Below, piece after piece: positions 53,931-63,933 of a stretch of DNA of 64,000 nucleotides. The stretch covers positions 242,892 through 306,891 of the forward strand of contig JAXLYJ010000005.1 in NCBI GenBank assembly GCA_046351515.1, read 5' to 3'. Made by a program: the position numbers and the translations under genes. The number at the start of each line of letters is the position of its first letter. Position 1 is the first letter of the stretch. Under the pieces are notes generated by a model, which searched no databases, was not told the DNA's origin, and worked only from the letters and a program-made list of their open reading frames with translations. Source of the DNA: Polyangiales bacterium. GTDB lineage: Bacteria; Myxococcota_A; Polyangia; Polyangiales; Ga0077539.

Positions 53931-54995
53931 ATGCGAAGAGAGATGATGCGCGCGACGCGAGAGCAGGCGATCGCGCTGTTGAAGAGCGCGGCGTACGTTC
54001 ACCTCGCGAGCACGACGCCCGAGGGCGAGCCGGTGTTGCGCGCGGTGCACGGGGTGATCCTCGGCGAGGCGCTCTATTTTCACGGCGCACCGGTCGGCGA
54101 AAAGACCTCGCTCGTGGGGCGCGCGACGGTCCTCTCGGTCGAGGAGTTGATCGCTGAGATTCCGAGCTACTGGACCGATCCGGTGATGGCCTGCCCCGCG
54201 ACCTCGCTCTACGTCAGCGTGCAGGTGCACGGGACGCTCGACGCCGTGCGAGACTCGCGCGAGAAGGCCGCGGCGCTGCAGGCGTTGATGGAGCGATTTC
54301 AGCCCGAGGGCGGCCACGAGCCGATTCGCTACGACGACGAGCGCTATCGAAAGCAGGTCGACGGCGTCGCGCTGTGCAAGCTCTCGCTCGAGAAGCTCGA
54401 CGCGAAGTGGAAGCTCGGACAGAACCGAACGCCCGACTACGTTCGCACCGTGGTCGAGCAGCTGTGGAAGCGCGGCGCCGCGGGCGATGATCGCGCGATC
54501 GAGCTCTTGCTCGAGGCCAATGCGCGCGTCGATCGGCCAGCGTTTCTCCTCGGTCCCCACGGCACCACGCTCTCGGTGTGGAGCGACGATCGCGCGCTGT
54601 CCGAAGCGCTCCCGCTCCTTCGCGACGAGTACTGGAACCGCGATCGCTTCGACGACGCTTCCATCGTCCGCGCGCATCGCGCGAGCTCAGCGTGGGTGGT
54701 CGCCCGTGATCCCCACGGCGCGATGATCGCGACGGCGCGCGCGGTCTCGGACGGCGAGAAATACTGCTACCTCGGGGACGTCGCCGTTCGATCCGACTGG
54801 CGAGGACGCGCTGTCGGCGCAGCGGTCGTGCACTTGCTGCTCGATCACCCCGCGGTGCGCCGCGCGCGAAGGGTCGAGCTCGCGACCCGCGACGCGATGC
54901 GCTTCTACCAGCGCTTGGGCTTCGTCACGGTCGCGCAGCACGACAACGGGAGCTTCATCCGAAGCACGATGGAGCTCGTTCGAACTCACGCGTAG
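53931..54995 (+). CDS. Pyridoxamine-5'-phosphate-oxidase-like FMN-binding protein fused to C-terminal GNAT acetyltransferase
   Basis: Split-barrel PNPOx-like N-terminal domain, and a GNAT motif …GDVAVRSDWRGRAVGAAVVHLLLDH…FYQRLGF. It is divergent from the MocR regulator. Confidence 0.55.
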   Translation: MRREMMRATREQAIALLKSAAYVHLASTTPEGEPVLRAVHGVILGEALYFHGAPVGEKTSLVGRATVLSVEELIAEIPSYWTDPVMACPATSLYVSVQVHGTLDAVRDSREKAAALQALMERFQPEGGHEPIRYDDERYRKQVDGVALCKLSLEKLDAKWKLGQNRTPDYVRTVVEQLWKRGAAGDDRAIELLLEANARVDRPAFLLGPHGTTLSVWSDDRALSEALPLLRDEYWNRDRFDDASIVRAHRASSAWVVARDPHGAMIATARAVSDGEKYCYLGDVAVRSDWRGRAVGAAVVHLLLDHPAVRRARRVELATRDAMRFYQRLGFVTVAQHDNGSFIRSTMELVRTHA

Positions 54996-55022
54996 CGCCG
55001 CAGAACAACAGCGACGAAATCG

Positions 55023-55901
55023 CTAGAACGACGTCGCCGCGTACAGAGAGATCACCGGGCCCCCGGTCTGTCGAACGAGCGGTCCTGCGCCGCCCTCGAG
55101 CGTGATCCCGACATCCCATCGCGACGCGACGCGCACGTCGGCCTCGAGCGCGAGGCCCCAATAGCGCGTTCCGTTGCCGATGCCGCTCGGGCTCTCGTGG
55201 CGCGGCGCGCGACCCACCGGAATCGAGAGGTAGCCCGTGTATCGACCGCGGATCCCGACGCGATCGCGCGCGATCCGGCCGCCGGCCTCGAGCTGCACGG
55301 TGCCCGCGGGGTCGAAGTCGTTCGAGCGATACACCGCGCCGAACACTCCGCCGACGTACCAGTGGTCCTTCGCGTACCCCATCGAGAGCGCGAGCGTCAC
55401 GTCTGTGGCTCCGCTGCCGATCTGCAGCCCGCCCACCGCGCGATACTCAGGCCCCATCGACGAGAACACCGTCTGCACGACGCCCGCGCGGGCCACCGGC
55501 GCGCGCACGCTCGCGTCCAGCGCGAACGCCGCTCGGCCGACGCGCGCGAGCTGCAACCGAAGTCCCACCGTCGGGTCGCCCGGCGTCGTGTGCCACTGCA
55601 TCGCGCGCGTCCGCGTGTCTTCGAGGCCGAACGTCTGCACCATCGGCGCGTGCACCCACAACGCGAGCGAATCCGTGAGCCCCACCTCGAAGTACGCGTT
55701 GGCGAAGAGCTCGTGGTAGGCGCCGTAGTCCCAGCGATTTCCCTGGCCGTCGTTGTACCAGAAGCCCGGTAGCCACTTGAGCCAGAGCTTGAGGTAGCCG
55801 TGTCCGGGCGAGGGCACCCACGCGCCTGCGCTCGCGCTGGACGTGCACAGCGTCGTGACGAGCGTCGCGATCACGAAGTGTCGAGCGATCCTTCGGTTCA
55901 C
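55023..55901 (-). CDS. Outer-membrane beta-barrel protein (function unknown)
   Basis: Signal peptide, alternating amphipathic beta strands, and a C-terminal …LYAATSF aromatic terminus. Confidence 0.45.
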   Translation of the reverse strand: MNRRIARHFVIATLVTTLCTSSASAGAWVPSPGHGYLKLWLKWLPGFWYNDGQGNRWDYGAYHELFANAYFEVGLTDSLALWVHAPMVQTFGLEDTRTRAMQWHTTPGDPTVGLRLQLARVGRAAFALDASVRAPVARAGVVQTVFSSMGPEYRAVGGLQIGSGATDVTLALSMGYAKDHWYVGGVFGAVYRSNDFDPAGTVQLEAGGRIARDRVGIRGRYTGYLSIPVGRAPRHESPSGIGNGTRYWGLALEADVRVASRWDVGITLEGGAGPLVRQTGGPVISLYAATSF

Positions 55902-56920
55902 GGCGCGACAGTAGCGCCGCCCGCGCCCGCGTGGGTCACCGCGTCGCCCGGCAGGCAGCCGATCCGACGAAAGACGTACGGCGCGTTCACGTCCCTCCCG
56001 CCGTCGTTGTTGAGCGAGTTGAACTCTTGCCGCTCAGCGTCGATCACGCCCGAGAACTCGTCGGGGTTGTAGCTGAAGCCCGCGAGCCTGCAGTACGCCC
56101 GCGCGACGCGCGCCTCGATCGCCGAGAAGCGCACGCGGTTTCCGTCGCTGAGCATCCCGTTGCCGTCCATCGTCACGAGGTAGTCGAGCGAGCTGGGATC
56201 CTCGAGGCAGCGGCCCGGAGGGCTCGAGAGCTCGGGTCCGAGTCCCCACACTCGCGCGGTGATCCCGCCGTGCAGGCGATTGTCTGGATGCCGCTGAATT
56301 CGCAGGGTAAACATGATCCAGCTTCGGTCGCTCGGGTCGTATTTGTGCGCGCGCCACGTCCCTGCCACCGGGTCACGACAATGCGCGGCGCGAGGGAGCA
56401 TCCCTCGTTGTTCGCCGACGCTACCGGTGCGGCGAACGCTCGCCGCGTTGTGCGCGCTGCTCGTCGTCGAAGGGGCGGTCCTGGGCGCTTGCGTTGGTGT
56501 TGGTGTTTGCGTTGGTGTTGGTGTTGGCGGGCGAGGGGACGGGACGCTCGTCGTGTCCGGCTGAGAGACCGCGTTCGCCGGGGCCAACGTAGGACCACTT
56601 GATTGTGTGGGCGTGCCGGATGACGGAGTGACCGGCGGCGGTGGTGGCGGCGCTTGCACGCTGAACTCGCTCAGCACCGTGGCGCGCGCGTGTCCGTCGT
56701 CGCCGTTCTCGCCGCGCACGAGCGTCGGATCGCGTCGCTCTCTGCCGGCGGTGACGCTGACCGCGAGAAAGCCTGCCCAGTGGATGCACACCGACGCGAG
56801 GACGAGCGCGCTCGCTTCGATCCATCGCTTGCGTCGCGGTTGCTGAGAAGGCGCCATCGTCGACCTCGGAAGGGGCTCTGCGCTCGGGGACTGTCGCGAG
56901 CGAGAGATTCCGACAACCAA
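55898..56920 (-). CDS. Membrane-anchored protein with Pro/Thr-rich linker and conserved C-terminal domain
   Basis: N-terminal TM segment, a PPPPPPVTPSSGTPTQ…PTPTPTQTPTPTQ linker (encoded by a DNA repeat near 56490-56530), and a C-terminal Cys-containing domain. ATGA overlap with the downstream OMP gene. Confidence 0.4.
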   Translation of the reverse strand: MVVGISRSRQSPSAEPLPRSTMAPSQQPRRKRWIEASALVLASVCIHWAGFLAVSVTAGRERRDPTLVRGENGDDGHARATVLSEFSVQAPPPPPPVTPSSGTPTQSSGPTLAPANAVSQPDTTSVPSPRPPTPTPTQTPTPTQAPRTAPSTTSSAHNAASVRRTGSVGEQRGMLPRAAHCRDPVAGTWRAHKYDPSDRSWIMFTLRIQRHPDNRLHGGITARVWGLGPELSSPPGRCLEDPSSLDYLVTMDGNGMLSDGNRVRFSAIEARVARAYCRLAGFSYNPDEFSGVIDAERQEFNSLNNDGGRDVNAPYVFRRIGCLPGDAVTHAGAGGATVAP

Positions 56921-56953
56921 ACGCTACCTTGGTTCGCGTATCGTGTGCGCCGG

Positions 56954-57736
56954 ATGCGGGCCTGGCTCCAATCGCTGCTCACGACCGTGCGAAGACAACC
57001 CGTCACGGCGTTGATCGTCCTCGCGTTGCTGCTCGCGCCGGTGGTGGCGTTCAAGGTTCCTGCGGTGCAGCGCGCGCTGCTCGCGTTGATCGAGACGATG
57101 CGCACGGGCGGAGCGCGCGGGCTCGCGCTGTACTTTCTCGTGTACGGGCTCGGCGGCGCGCTCGCGTTTCCGAAGGCGCCGTTTCATGTGCTCGCGGGGT
57201 TCGTCTACGGGCCCGTGTTCGGCGCGCTCGTGGCCTCGCCGGCAGGGACGCTCGCCGCGACGAGCGCGTTTGTCTTGGGACGCACGGTGCTGCGCAACGT
57301 CGTGCGCCGTCGCGTCGAGGGAAACCCCACGTGGGACGCGCTCGGAGAGCTCCTTCGCGACGACGGTCTGCGCGCGGTGTGGCTCGCGCGAATGACCCCG
57401 GTGATCCCGCAGAACATCTTCTCGTTCGCGGCGGCGACGACGCCCGTTCGCTACTGGCACTTCGCGCTCGGAACGTGGGCGGGGCTGCTCCCGATCACCT
57501 GTTTTCACGCGTATCTCGGCAGCATCGTCGAGAGCGCGACGGCCATCGTGCGCGGCGAGCAGTCGCCGTCGCTCGCGGCGAAGGTGGGCTCGGGGGTGAT
57601 CGTGTTCGCGAGCGCCGCGGGCGTGTATGCGATCACGCGGTTCGCCAAGCGGCGACTCGCGGAGATCATCGCGCAACGCGAGGCGAAGGACGCTCAGACG
57701 CCGCCCCCCGAGGCAGCGATCACCAACGACCGCTGA
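56954..57736 (+). CDS. DedA / TVP38-TMEM64 family membrane protein
   Basis: …YFLVYGLGGALAFPKAPFHVLAGFVYG… matches the DedA core. ATG at 56954. Confidence 0.7.
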   Translation: MRAWLQSLLTTVRRQPVTALIVLALLLAPVVAFKVPAVQRALLALIETMRTGGARGLALYFLVYGLGGALAFPKAPFHVLAGFVYGPVFGALVASPAGTLAATSAFVLGRTVLRNVVRRRVEGNPTWDALGELLRDDGLRAVWLARMTPVIPQNIFSFAAATTPVRYWHFALGTWAGLLPITCFHAYLGSIVESATAIVRGEQSPSLAAKVGSGVIVFASAAGVYAITRFAKRRLAEIIAQREAKDAQTPPPEAAITNDR

Positions 57737-59360
57737 GGTTGATTCCGACGAGGTCCATCGAGGCTTCGTAGCGCGCGGCGTTGACGCTGCACGAGCCCGA
57801 GCGATTGCCGGTCGAACCCGGAGCGCACAGCGGCTCGCCGCGGATCGCCGCCGTCGTAATGATCTCTCGCGCGCCCGTCGGGTCTTCGAGCGGAACGAAG
57901 AACATATGCGCGTACGACAGGTTCGCCGTGAACCACTTGAAGCGCAGCGCCGCGCCGATGTGCGCCGAGAAGCTGTCGTACGTGGGCAAGTGCAGCTGCG
58001 AGAGGCCGGTGCGGCTCGCGCCCGTCTCTGCGCTGAAGCCCATGCGCATCGTGAACATGTCGGGGATGATGTTCCAATCGCCGCCGACGCGGACGCCGAA
58101 GGTGTTGTTGAAGTCCGAGCGAATCACGATCGGCTTCATGGGATTGAACGGGACCATCACGCCGCCCGCGTTGATCGTGCCCGCGAGCGCCACCGACGTG
58201 AGCCCGAGCGAGCTGGTGAACTCGTAGTTGAAGTCCACCTCGAGGTCGAACACGTCGTCGCGCATCGGGTCGTACGTCTCAGCGAGGTTTCGCCCGTTGG
58301 CCACGGTGTTGTTCTGCGCGAGCCTGTGCGCGGACTCCCACGCGTTGAGCCGCCCCGGTCGCGGCAGCGCGAAGCGAACGCCCGCGCGAATGTGCGACGG
58401 AGGCTGCGCGCGCAGCGATTGAATGTCGAAGCGCGAGGTGCGCGCGGCGAGCGTCGCGGCGTTGTTCGAGTAGTACTGGTCGATCGTCGAGCCCGCGCCG
58501 ATGCCCTGCAGATTGAGCTCGGGGACGTACTGCCCTTTGATCCCGATCGTGAAGAACCGCGGAAGAAGGATCTGAATGCCCGCCGCGCCGGCGACGAACA
58601 CGCCGCTGGCCGCGAGGTTGAGCTTGATGTCCGCGTCCGGCGACTGCTCGAAGCTCGACATGTCATTGGGGTTGAGCATCGTGGCGTACTCGAAGCTCGC
58701 GATGCCGACTTGCAGCGTCGCGCCCAAGCGCAGCCACGGAACGGGCGCGAACGCCACGGACAACGACGGGTAGAACAGCAGCAGCCGCTTCTCGAAGAGC
58801 AGGTGACGCGCGGGCGACGGAGCCAGTCCGTTCGCGGTCATCACCGCGTCGGGATAGATCCCCTCGCGGCCCACGGTGTGCGGCGGAACCGCGCTGATCC
58901 CCACCGCCAGGTTCGGCAGGATTCGATAGGTGAACGCGAGGTTCGGCGCGATCGCGAGCGAGGGGTTGTTGCACGTGCGCGGATACGGCGTGCGCATGCC
59001 CGACGCTGCGTACGTGCTCCCTGCGAAGCGCGTCCCGTCGAGCACGATGCCCGTCGCGTCCTCGTTGGCGTAGTTGCCGTAGCGCTGAAAACACTGGCTG
59101 AACGAGCCGAGGTTCGTGCCGAGCGACAGCTGCGCGCCGGCGAGCCCGAGCATGCCCGCTGGGTTGTACGCGACGGCCATCGCGTCGGTGGGACTGGCGA
59201 CGACCGCGCCGCCGCGCCCGAGTCCGAACGCGCCTCCCTCGGGGATCTCCAGCCCGCTCGCGCGCGCTGTGCCCGCGCCGCTCAGCGCGATCAGCGCTGC
59301 GACCGTGGCGATGTTCGCTGTGTTCGACTGCCTGAATGTGCCCCGGACTCCCTGCCTCAT
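57720..59360 (-). CDS. FadL/TodX-like outer-membrane transport protein
   Basis: Signal peptide (…ATVAALIALSGAGTARA), a long beta-barrel with GLE..G N-terminal hatch-like region, similar to OMPP1/FadL. ATG at 59358-59360 (complement). Confidence 0.5.
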   Translation of the reverse strand: MRQGVRGTFRQSNTANIATVAALIALSGAGTARASGLEIPEGGAFGLGRGGAVVASPTDAMAVAYNPAGMLGLAGAQLSLGTNLGSFSQCFQRYGNYANEDATGIVLDGTRFAGSTYAASGMRTPYPRTCNNPSLAIAPNLAFTYRILPNLAVGISAVPPHTVGREGIYPDAVMTANGLAPSPARHLLFEKRLLLFYPSLSVAFAPVPWLRLGATLQVGIASFEYATMLNPNDMSSFEQSPDADIKLNLAASGVFVAGAAGIQILLPRFFTIGIKGQYVPELNLQGIGAGSTIDQYYSNNAATLAARTSRFDIQSLRAQPPSHIRAGVRFALPRPGRLNAWESAHRLAQNNTVANGRNLAETYDPMRDDVFDLEVDFNYEFTSSLGLTSVALAGTINAGGVMVPFNPMKPIVIRSDFNNTFGVRVGGDWNIIPDMFTMRMGFSAETGASRTGLSQLHLPTYDSFSAHIGAALRFKWFTANLSYAHMFFVPLEDPTGAREIITTAAIRGEPLCAPGSTGNRSGSCSVNAARYEASMDLVGINLSGRW

Positions 59361-59452
59361 CGTGCGTGAATGGGGCAACGTCGACGCGCCTTCCGTCAAG
59401 CGCGATTTCCTTCTGTTCGCGCACTCACTACAGTCCCGAGTCACCCACAGCC

Positions 59453-60247
59453 ATGACCGATCACAACTCCCCTACGAGCGCGGACGCACCGCAGCATCGC
59501 GCGCCCGGACTGCCCGACATCGACACCTCTGAGCGCGGCGCGAAGCGCGACGGAGCGCCGCAAATCCTCGACAATCGCCTGTACGTCCAGCTGCAGGTCT
59601 TCACCGTCGAGCGCACGGTCAACGTGCAGTCCGTCACCAGCGCCCTGGTCGAGCGCCTCGTGACCGCGGGCGTCGGCGCCGTCGTGTACGAAGACGTGAG
59701 CGATCCGCGCGGCGTCGGCGTCGTCTCGTGGAGCGAGAACCCCGCGCACTTCGTCAAACGCGTTCGTCCGTTGTTCGACCACGAGCGGCTCCACGCGCTG
59801 ATTCACCGGCCCGAAATGACCATGACGGGCCGCACCTACTCGAACGGTCACGAGCAGAACCTCGAAGACTCGCTCTTGCACCGCCCGAGGCGCGTCATGA
59901 ACGAGCCGACCGCGCACTGGGCCGTGTGGTATCCGCTGCGCCGAACGGGCGCCTTCGCCAAGCTCGATCCCCACGAACAAGCGCAGATCCTCCGCGAGCA
60001 CGCCGCGATCGGAATGGCCTACGGCGCCAAAGAGCTCGCCCACGACGTTCGCCTCGCCTGTCACGGCATGGACCACAACGACAACGAGTTCGTCGTCGGG
60101 CTCTTCGGCCGCGAGCTGCACCCGCTCTCGCACTGCGTTCAGACCATGCGAAAAACCCGACAGACCTCGGAGTTCATCGCGCACATGGGCCCGTTCTTCA
60201 TCGGCCACGCCCTCGCGCGAACGCCCGAGGGGCCCGAGCCGCGCTGA
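59453..60247 (+). CDS. Chlorite-dismutase-family protein (HemQ/coproheme-decarboxylase-like)
   Basis: The C-terminal half aligns with HemQ: …VWYPLRRTG…LDPHEQAQILREHAAIGMAYG…GMDHNDNEFVVGLFGRELHPLSHCVQTMRKTRQTSEFIAHMGPFFIG. ATG at 59453. Confidence 0.6.
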   Translation: MTDHNSPTSADAPQHRAPGLPDIDTSERGAKRDGAPQILDNRLYVQLQVFTVERTVNVQSVTSALVERLVTAGVGAVVYEDVSDPRGVGVVSWSENPAHFVKRVRPLFDHERLHALIHRPEMTMTGRTYSNGHEQNLEDSLLHRPRRVMNEPTAHWAVWYPLRRTGAFAKLDPHEQAQILREHAAIGMAYGAKELAHDVRLACHGMDHNDNEFVVGLFGRELHPLSHCVQTMRKTRQTSEFIAHMGPFFIGHALARTPEGPEPR

Positions 60248-60254
60248 CTCACGG

Positions 60255-60854
60255 TCACCGCTCGAGCGCGAGCGTCATGTTCACGTCGGTGATGCTCACG
60301 CCGCGCACTCGAAACGCGTCGCGCCGCTCGCTCACTTCGACAAAACCGAAGCGTTTGTAGAGCGCCCTCGCGCGCGCGTTCATCGCGAACACCCCGAGGT
60401 CGATCCACGCCAGCGACTCTTGCGCGCGCGCCCAATCGAGCGCGCGTTGAACCATCGCAGTCCCGATGCGCTTTCCGCGGTGCTCGGGCTCGATTCCCAT
60501 CCCGAGCCCCGCGCGGTGCAGCTCGCTCAACAGCCGCCCGCCGTAGAGCGAGAGCGAGCCGAGCACGCGGCGCCCGTGCTCGTTGTGCCGAAGCACCCAC
60601 GTCCGCTGCCAGTGCGGCTCGGTGATCGGCCGCGCAAACGCACGCGCGATCGCCTCGATGCGATCCGGCGTCGCTGGCCGCGCGTCCTCGTCGGGCTCGT
60701 ACGGAGAGAAGAAGAGCCCGTCCTCGCCGTTGTCGAGCACCTCGCGCGTCCAGTGCTCGGTCAACGCGCGAACGTCGTCCTGCGTCGCCAGTGCCAGCGA
60801 ATACTCGGTCGGTACGGGCGCGTCCATCTCTGCGATCGACGCCGAGTGTGCCAC
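60255..60854 (-). CDS. GNAT family N-acetyltransferase
   Basis: Acetyl-CoA motif HRGKRIGTAMVQRALDWA…YKRFGF. Confidence 0.7.
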   Translation of the reverse strand: MAHSASIAEMDAPVPTEYSLALATQDDVRALTEHWTREVLDNGEDGLFFSPYEPDEDARPATPDRIEAIARAFARPITEPHWQRTWVLRHNEHGRRVLGSLSLYGGRLLSELHRAGLGMGIEPEHRGKRIGTAMVQRALDWARAQESLAWIDLGVFAMNARARALYKRFGFVEVSERRDAFRVRGVSITDVNMTLALER

Positions 60855-60865
60855 GCGTCACGCGC

Positions 60866-62602
60866 TCAACGAAACGGTCCCGTCTCGCGTCGACCCTGAA
60901 TCACGCGCGAGGCGCTGGCGACCCGCGAGATCCACGGCTCAGCCGCGTCCGGCGCGCTGATCGCTGGAGTCACCTCGACGATCAGGGCGTCGCTCGTGCA
61001 GCGCCACGCGCCGCCCGCCGCCTCGATCGCGCTCAACGCGCTGGCCCACTCGCTGCGAAGCGTGCTCGCGACGCCCTTGGTCGGCGGCTCGGCGATCGGC
61101 GGGTCGAGCCGCGCCGTGATCGTCGTCTTGGCGGCGACCGCTCCGTTGAATTCGTGTGCGAGCGTCAGCCGCTCGGCCCCGAGCTCGGCGCGCTCGATCG
61201 CGCCGTCGCCCTCGCGCAGCCGCGCTGAGTATCGCGCGGCGAGCGAGCGCCATCCCTCCAGCTGATCGGCGATCAAGCTCGCCGGAGGCACCGCGCTGAT
61301 CCGCTGACGCATCGCGGACGTCATCGCCTGCATCAGCCGAACGAACCGGATCAGCGACTCTTCTCGCGTCGCGAAGTCGGGCTGCGTGATCGTGAGCAGA
61401 TCGTCGTCGATCGTGAGCGACTGCGCCTCGCTGAGGTACTGCAGCGCGTCCGCGCCGAGCGCGAGCAGCGCGCGCACCTGCGACTCTTCTCGCCCGCGCA
61501 CTTGATAGCGCTCGTCGAAGGCGGCGTGCCCGACGATGATCTCGTGCGGAGAGAGCGCGTCGTTCCACCGCGAGGGGCCGACGCGAACGCCGATGCCGAG
61601 ATGGGGCCAGCGCATCTTCGCCTCGGTTCCGCCGAGCGACGATGGGCCGATCTCGAGGCCGATCCCGTCGATGTCGCCGAGCAGTCGCTGCGCGCCCGCG
61701 TCGAAGTGCATCGCGCACTGCCTCGCGACCCGCGCGATCATCTGCTGCCGCCACTGATCGCCGATCAGCGGAAGCTCGACCGGCTGATCCACCCCGTCCG
61801 AGCCCGCGCTCACCAACGTGAGTGGAAACCGCAGCAGCGTTCGCGCTCCGTGCTTCGAGTTGGTCTCGACGTCGAGCTGCCACCGCGTCGAGCCCGCCGG
61901 CCCCTGCACCTGCGCAACGACTCCTTCGGGGATCTTCATCCGAAACGTCTGCGCCTGCCCGTCCACGTGCCGCGTGATGGGCAGGTCGAGCACGAAGTTC
62001 AGCCCGTCGATGTCGCCGAACGCCGTTCGTTCGATGCATCGCAGCCTGAGCTTGACGTGACCGAGGCCTGCTTCTCGCGTGCGAAAGAAGGCCACGTTGC
62101 CCGTCAGCACCGAGCCCGGCGCGAGGATCGTCCGGTCGATGGCGCACTCGACGCGCACGTCGTCGGCGCCTCCGTCGAAGTCGAGCAGCGACGGGCCGCG
62201 CTGCTCGACGTGAACGGGCGCGGCGGTGATCGGGATCGTAAACTCCGCCACGCGGTCGATCCACCAGGGAATATCCACGTGAACGCGCAGAGTGTACTCC
62301 GCGCGCAGCGTCGTTCCGCGATACGAGACCGGCGCGTTCGGAGGCACCGCGAACCGCACGCGCATCTCGTAGCGGCCCACGGGGAGCTGCTTCGGTCGGT
62401 CGGTCGCGACGAGGTCCACCACGCGCTGCGCGAAATTGCTCGCCTCGCCGTAGTACGACTGCGTCTCGCCCCAGAAGCGCGCTTCGATCGCGTCGACCTT
62501 CGTCGATCGCGCGCCCTCGAGCTCGATGATCGCCTCGAACGTGCTGCCCGGCGTGATCACACCAGGCCGAAGTTTTACGGTGACGTTGGGGCGCGATGGC
62601 AT
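60866..62602 (-). CDS. Hypothetical protein with two arrestin/Spo0M-like beta-sandwich domains and a helical C-terminal region
   Basis: Two ~150-aa beta-rich modules (VTVKLRPGVITPGSTFEAIIELEG…; VRVECAIDRTILAPGSVLTGNVAFF…) reminiscent of the Spo0M/arrestin-N fold. ATG at 62600-62602 (complement). Confidence 0.35.
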   Translation of the reverse strand: MPSRPNVTVKLRPGVITPGSTFEAIIELEGARSTKVDAIEARFWGETQSYYGEASNFAQRVVDLVATDRPKQLPVGRYEMRVRFAVPPNAPVSYRGTTLRAEYTLRVHVDIPWWIDRVAEFTIPITAAPVHVEQRGPSLLDFDGGADDVRVECAIDRTILAPGSVLTGNVAFFRTREAGLGHVKLRLRCIERTAFGDIDGLNFVLDLPITRHVDGQAQTFRMKIPEGVVAQVQGPAGSTRWQLDVETNSKHGARTLLRFPLTLVSAGSDGVDQPVELPLIGDQWRQQMIARVARQCAMHFDAGAQRLLGDIDGIGLEIGPSSLGGTEAKMRWPHLGIGVRVGPSRWNDALSPHEIIVGHAAFDERYQVRGREESQVRALLALGADALQYLSEAQSLTIDDDLLTITQPDFATREESLIRFVRLMQAMTSAMRQRISAVPPASLIADQLEGWRSLAARYSARLREGDGAIERAELGAERLTLAHEFNGAVAAKTTITARLDPPIAEPPTKGVASTLRSEWASALSAIEAAGGAWRCTSDALIVEVTPAISAPDAAEPWISRVASASRVIQGRRETGPFR

Positions 62603-62637
62603 CGGAGCGCAGGATAGCTCCGTTGCCCGCGCGCTCG

Positions 62638-63933
62638 TCAGAAGTGTCGAACGTTCGCGAGCGCCTTGGTGAGCTCCGCGCGAAAATCCGGGTGCGCGAT
62701 CGAGATGAGCCGCTCGCCGCGCTCGCGCAGCGTGCATCCATGGAGGTTCACCGCGCCGAACTCGGTCACCACCCAGTGCACGTGTCCGCGCGTCGTCACG
62801 ACGCCCGAGCCCTCCATGAGCGAGAGCGAGATGCGAGACATCGTCCCGTTCTTCGCCGTGGCGGGCAGCGCGATGATGGGCTTTCCTCCCTTCGAGAGCG
62901 CCGCGCCGTGGATGAAGTCCATCTGTCCGCCGATGCCCGAGTAGATTTGATACCCGAGCGAGTCCGCGCAGACCTGACCCGAGAGGTCGATCTGCAGCGC
63001 CGAGTTGATCGCGACCACCGCCGGATTGCGCCGGATGTGCGCCGAGTCATTGGTGCGATCGCAGCCGTGAAACTCGACGAGCGGGTTGTCGTCGACGAAG
63101 TCGTAGAGCGCTCGCGATCCCCACACAAACGAGGTCGTCGTGCGGCCGGCGTGCACTTCTTTGCGTCGGTTGGTGATCACGCCGCCGTCGATCAGCGGCA
63201 GCAGCCCGTCGGAGAACATCTCCGTGTGCACGCCGAGCTCGTGCTTGTTGCCGAGGTTCGCGAGCACCGCGTCCGGGATGGCTCCGATGCCCATTTGCAG
63301 CGTCGAGCCGTCCTCGACGAGGCCCGCGATGATCTCGCCGATGCGCGCCTCGACCGGCCCGATCTCGTTGGGTTCGCTCTCGTACAACGGCCGGTTCGTC
63401 ACTGAAAACGCCGTGAACTTCGAGAGCGGAACGCTCGTGTTTCCGTGCGTCCTCGGCATCTGCTCGTTGATCTCCGCGAGCACGACGGCCGCCGAGTCCA
63501 CCGCCGCGCGCGCCGCGTCGCACGAGGTGCCCAGCGTGCACAACCCGTGGCGATCCGGCGGCGAAACCTGCACCACCGCGACGTCGAGCGGGATGGTCTT
63601 GTGCTTGAACAGCCCCGGGATGTCCGACAGAAACACCGGCACAAAGTCCGCGCGCCCCGCGTTGACCGCCTTGCGCAGCGCCGGCCCCGTGAAGAGCGAA
63701 ACCGAGCGAATTCGCTCGCACGCCGGCGGCTCACAGTACGGAGCGGGCCCTGCCGTGTGCAGGTGATACACGCGCACGCGCTCGAGGTCGGTGCGCGCGG
63801 CCATCGCGACGATGAGCGGCGTCGGCGTCGCGGCCGCGGCGTGCAAAAAGACTTTGTCTCCCGAGCGGATGTGCGAGACGACTTCTTCGTTCGAGACCGC
63901 GCGCGAGCGCCAATTGGGGTCGAGCTGTGTCAT
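62638..63933 (-). CDS. Acetyl-CoA hydrolase/transferase family protein (4-hydroxybutyrate/succinyl-CoA:acetate CoA-transferase-like)
   Basis: Full-length similarity to the family, with catalytic-Glu region …HTEMFSDGLL… and GxGG motif …SGIGGQMDF… ATG at 63931-63933 (complement). Confidence 0.8.
   Translation of the reverse strand: MTQLDPNWRSRAVSNEEVVSHIRSGDKVFLHAAAATPTPLIVAMAARTDLERVRVYHLHTAGPAPYCEPPACERIRSVSLFTGPALRKAVNAGRADFVPVFLSDIPGLFKHKTIPLDVAVVQVSPPDRHGLCTLGTSCDAARAAVDSAAVVLAEINEQMPRTHGNTSVPLSKFTAFSVTNRPLYESEPNEIGPVEARIGEIIAGLVEDGSTLQMGIGAIPDAVLANLGNKHELGVHTEMFSDGLLPLIDGGVITNRRKEVHAGRTTTSFVWGSRALYDFVDDNPLVEFHGCDRTNDSAHIRRNPAVVAINSALQIDLSGQVCADSLGYQIYSGIGGQMDFIHGAALSKGGKPIIALPATAKNGTMSRISLSLMEGSGVVTTRGHVHWVVTEFGAVNLHGCTLRERGERLISIAHPDFRAELTKALANVRHF

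Noticed and set aside
60939-62741. 600-aa minus-strand alternative frame overlapping the arrestin-like gene
   Set aside because: An Arg-rich frame. The adjacent frame (60866-62602) has protein-like composition and beta-sandwich periodicity.
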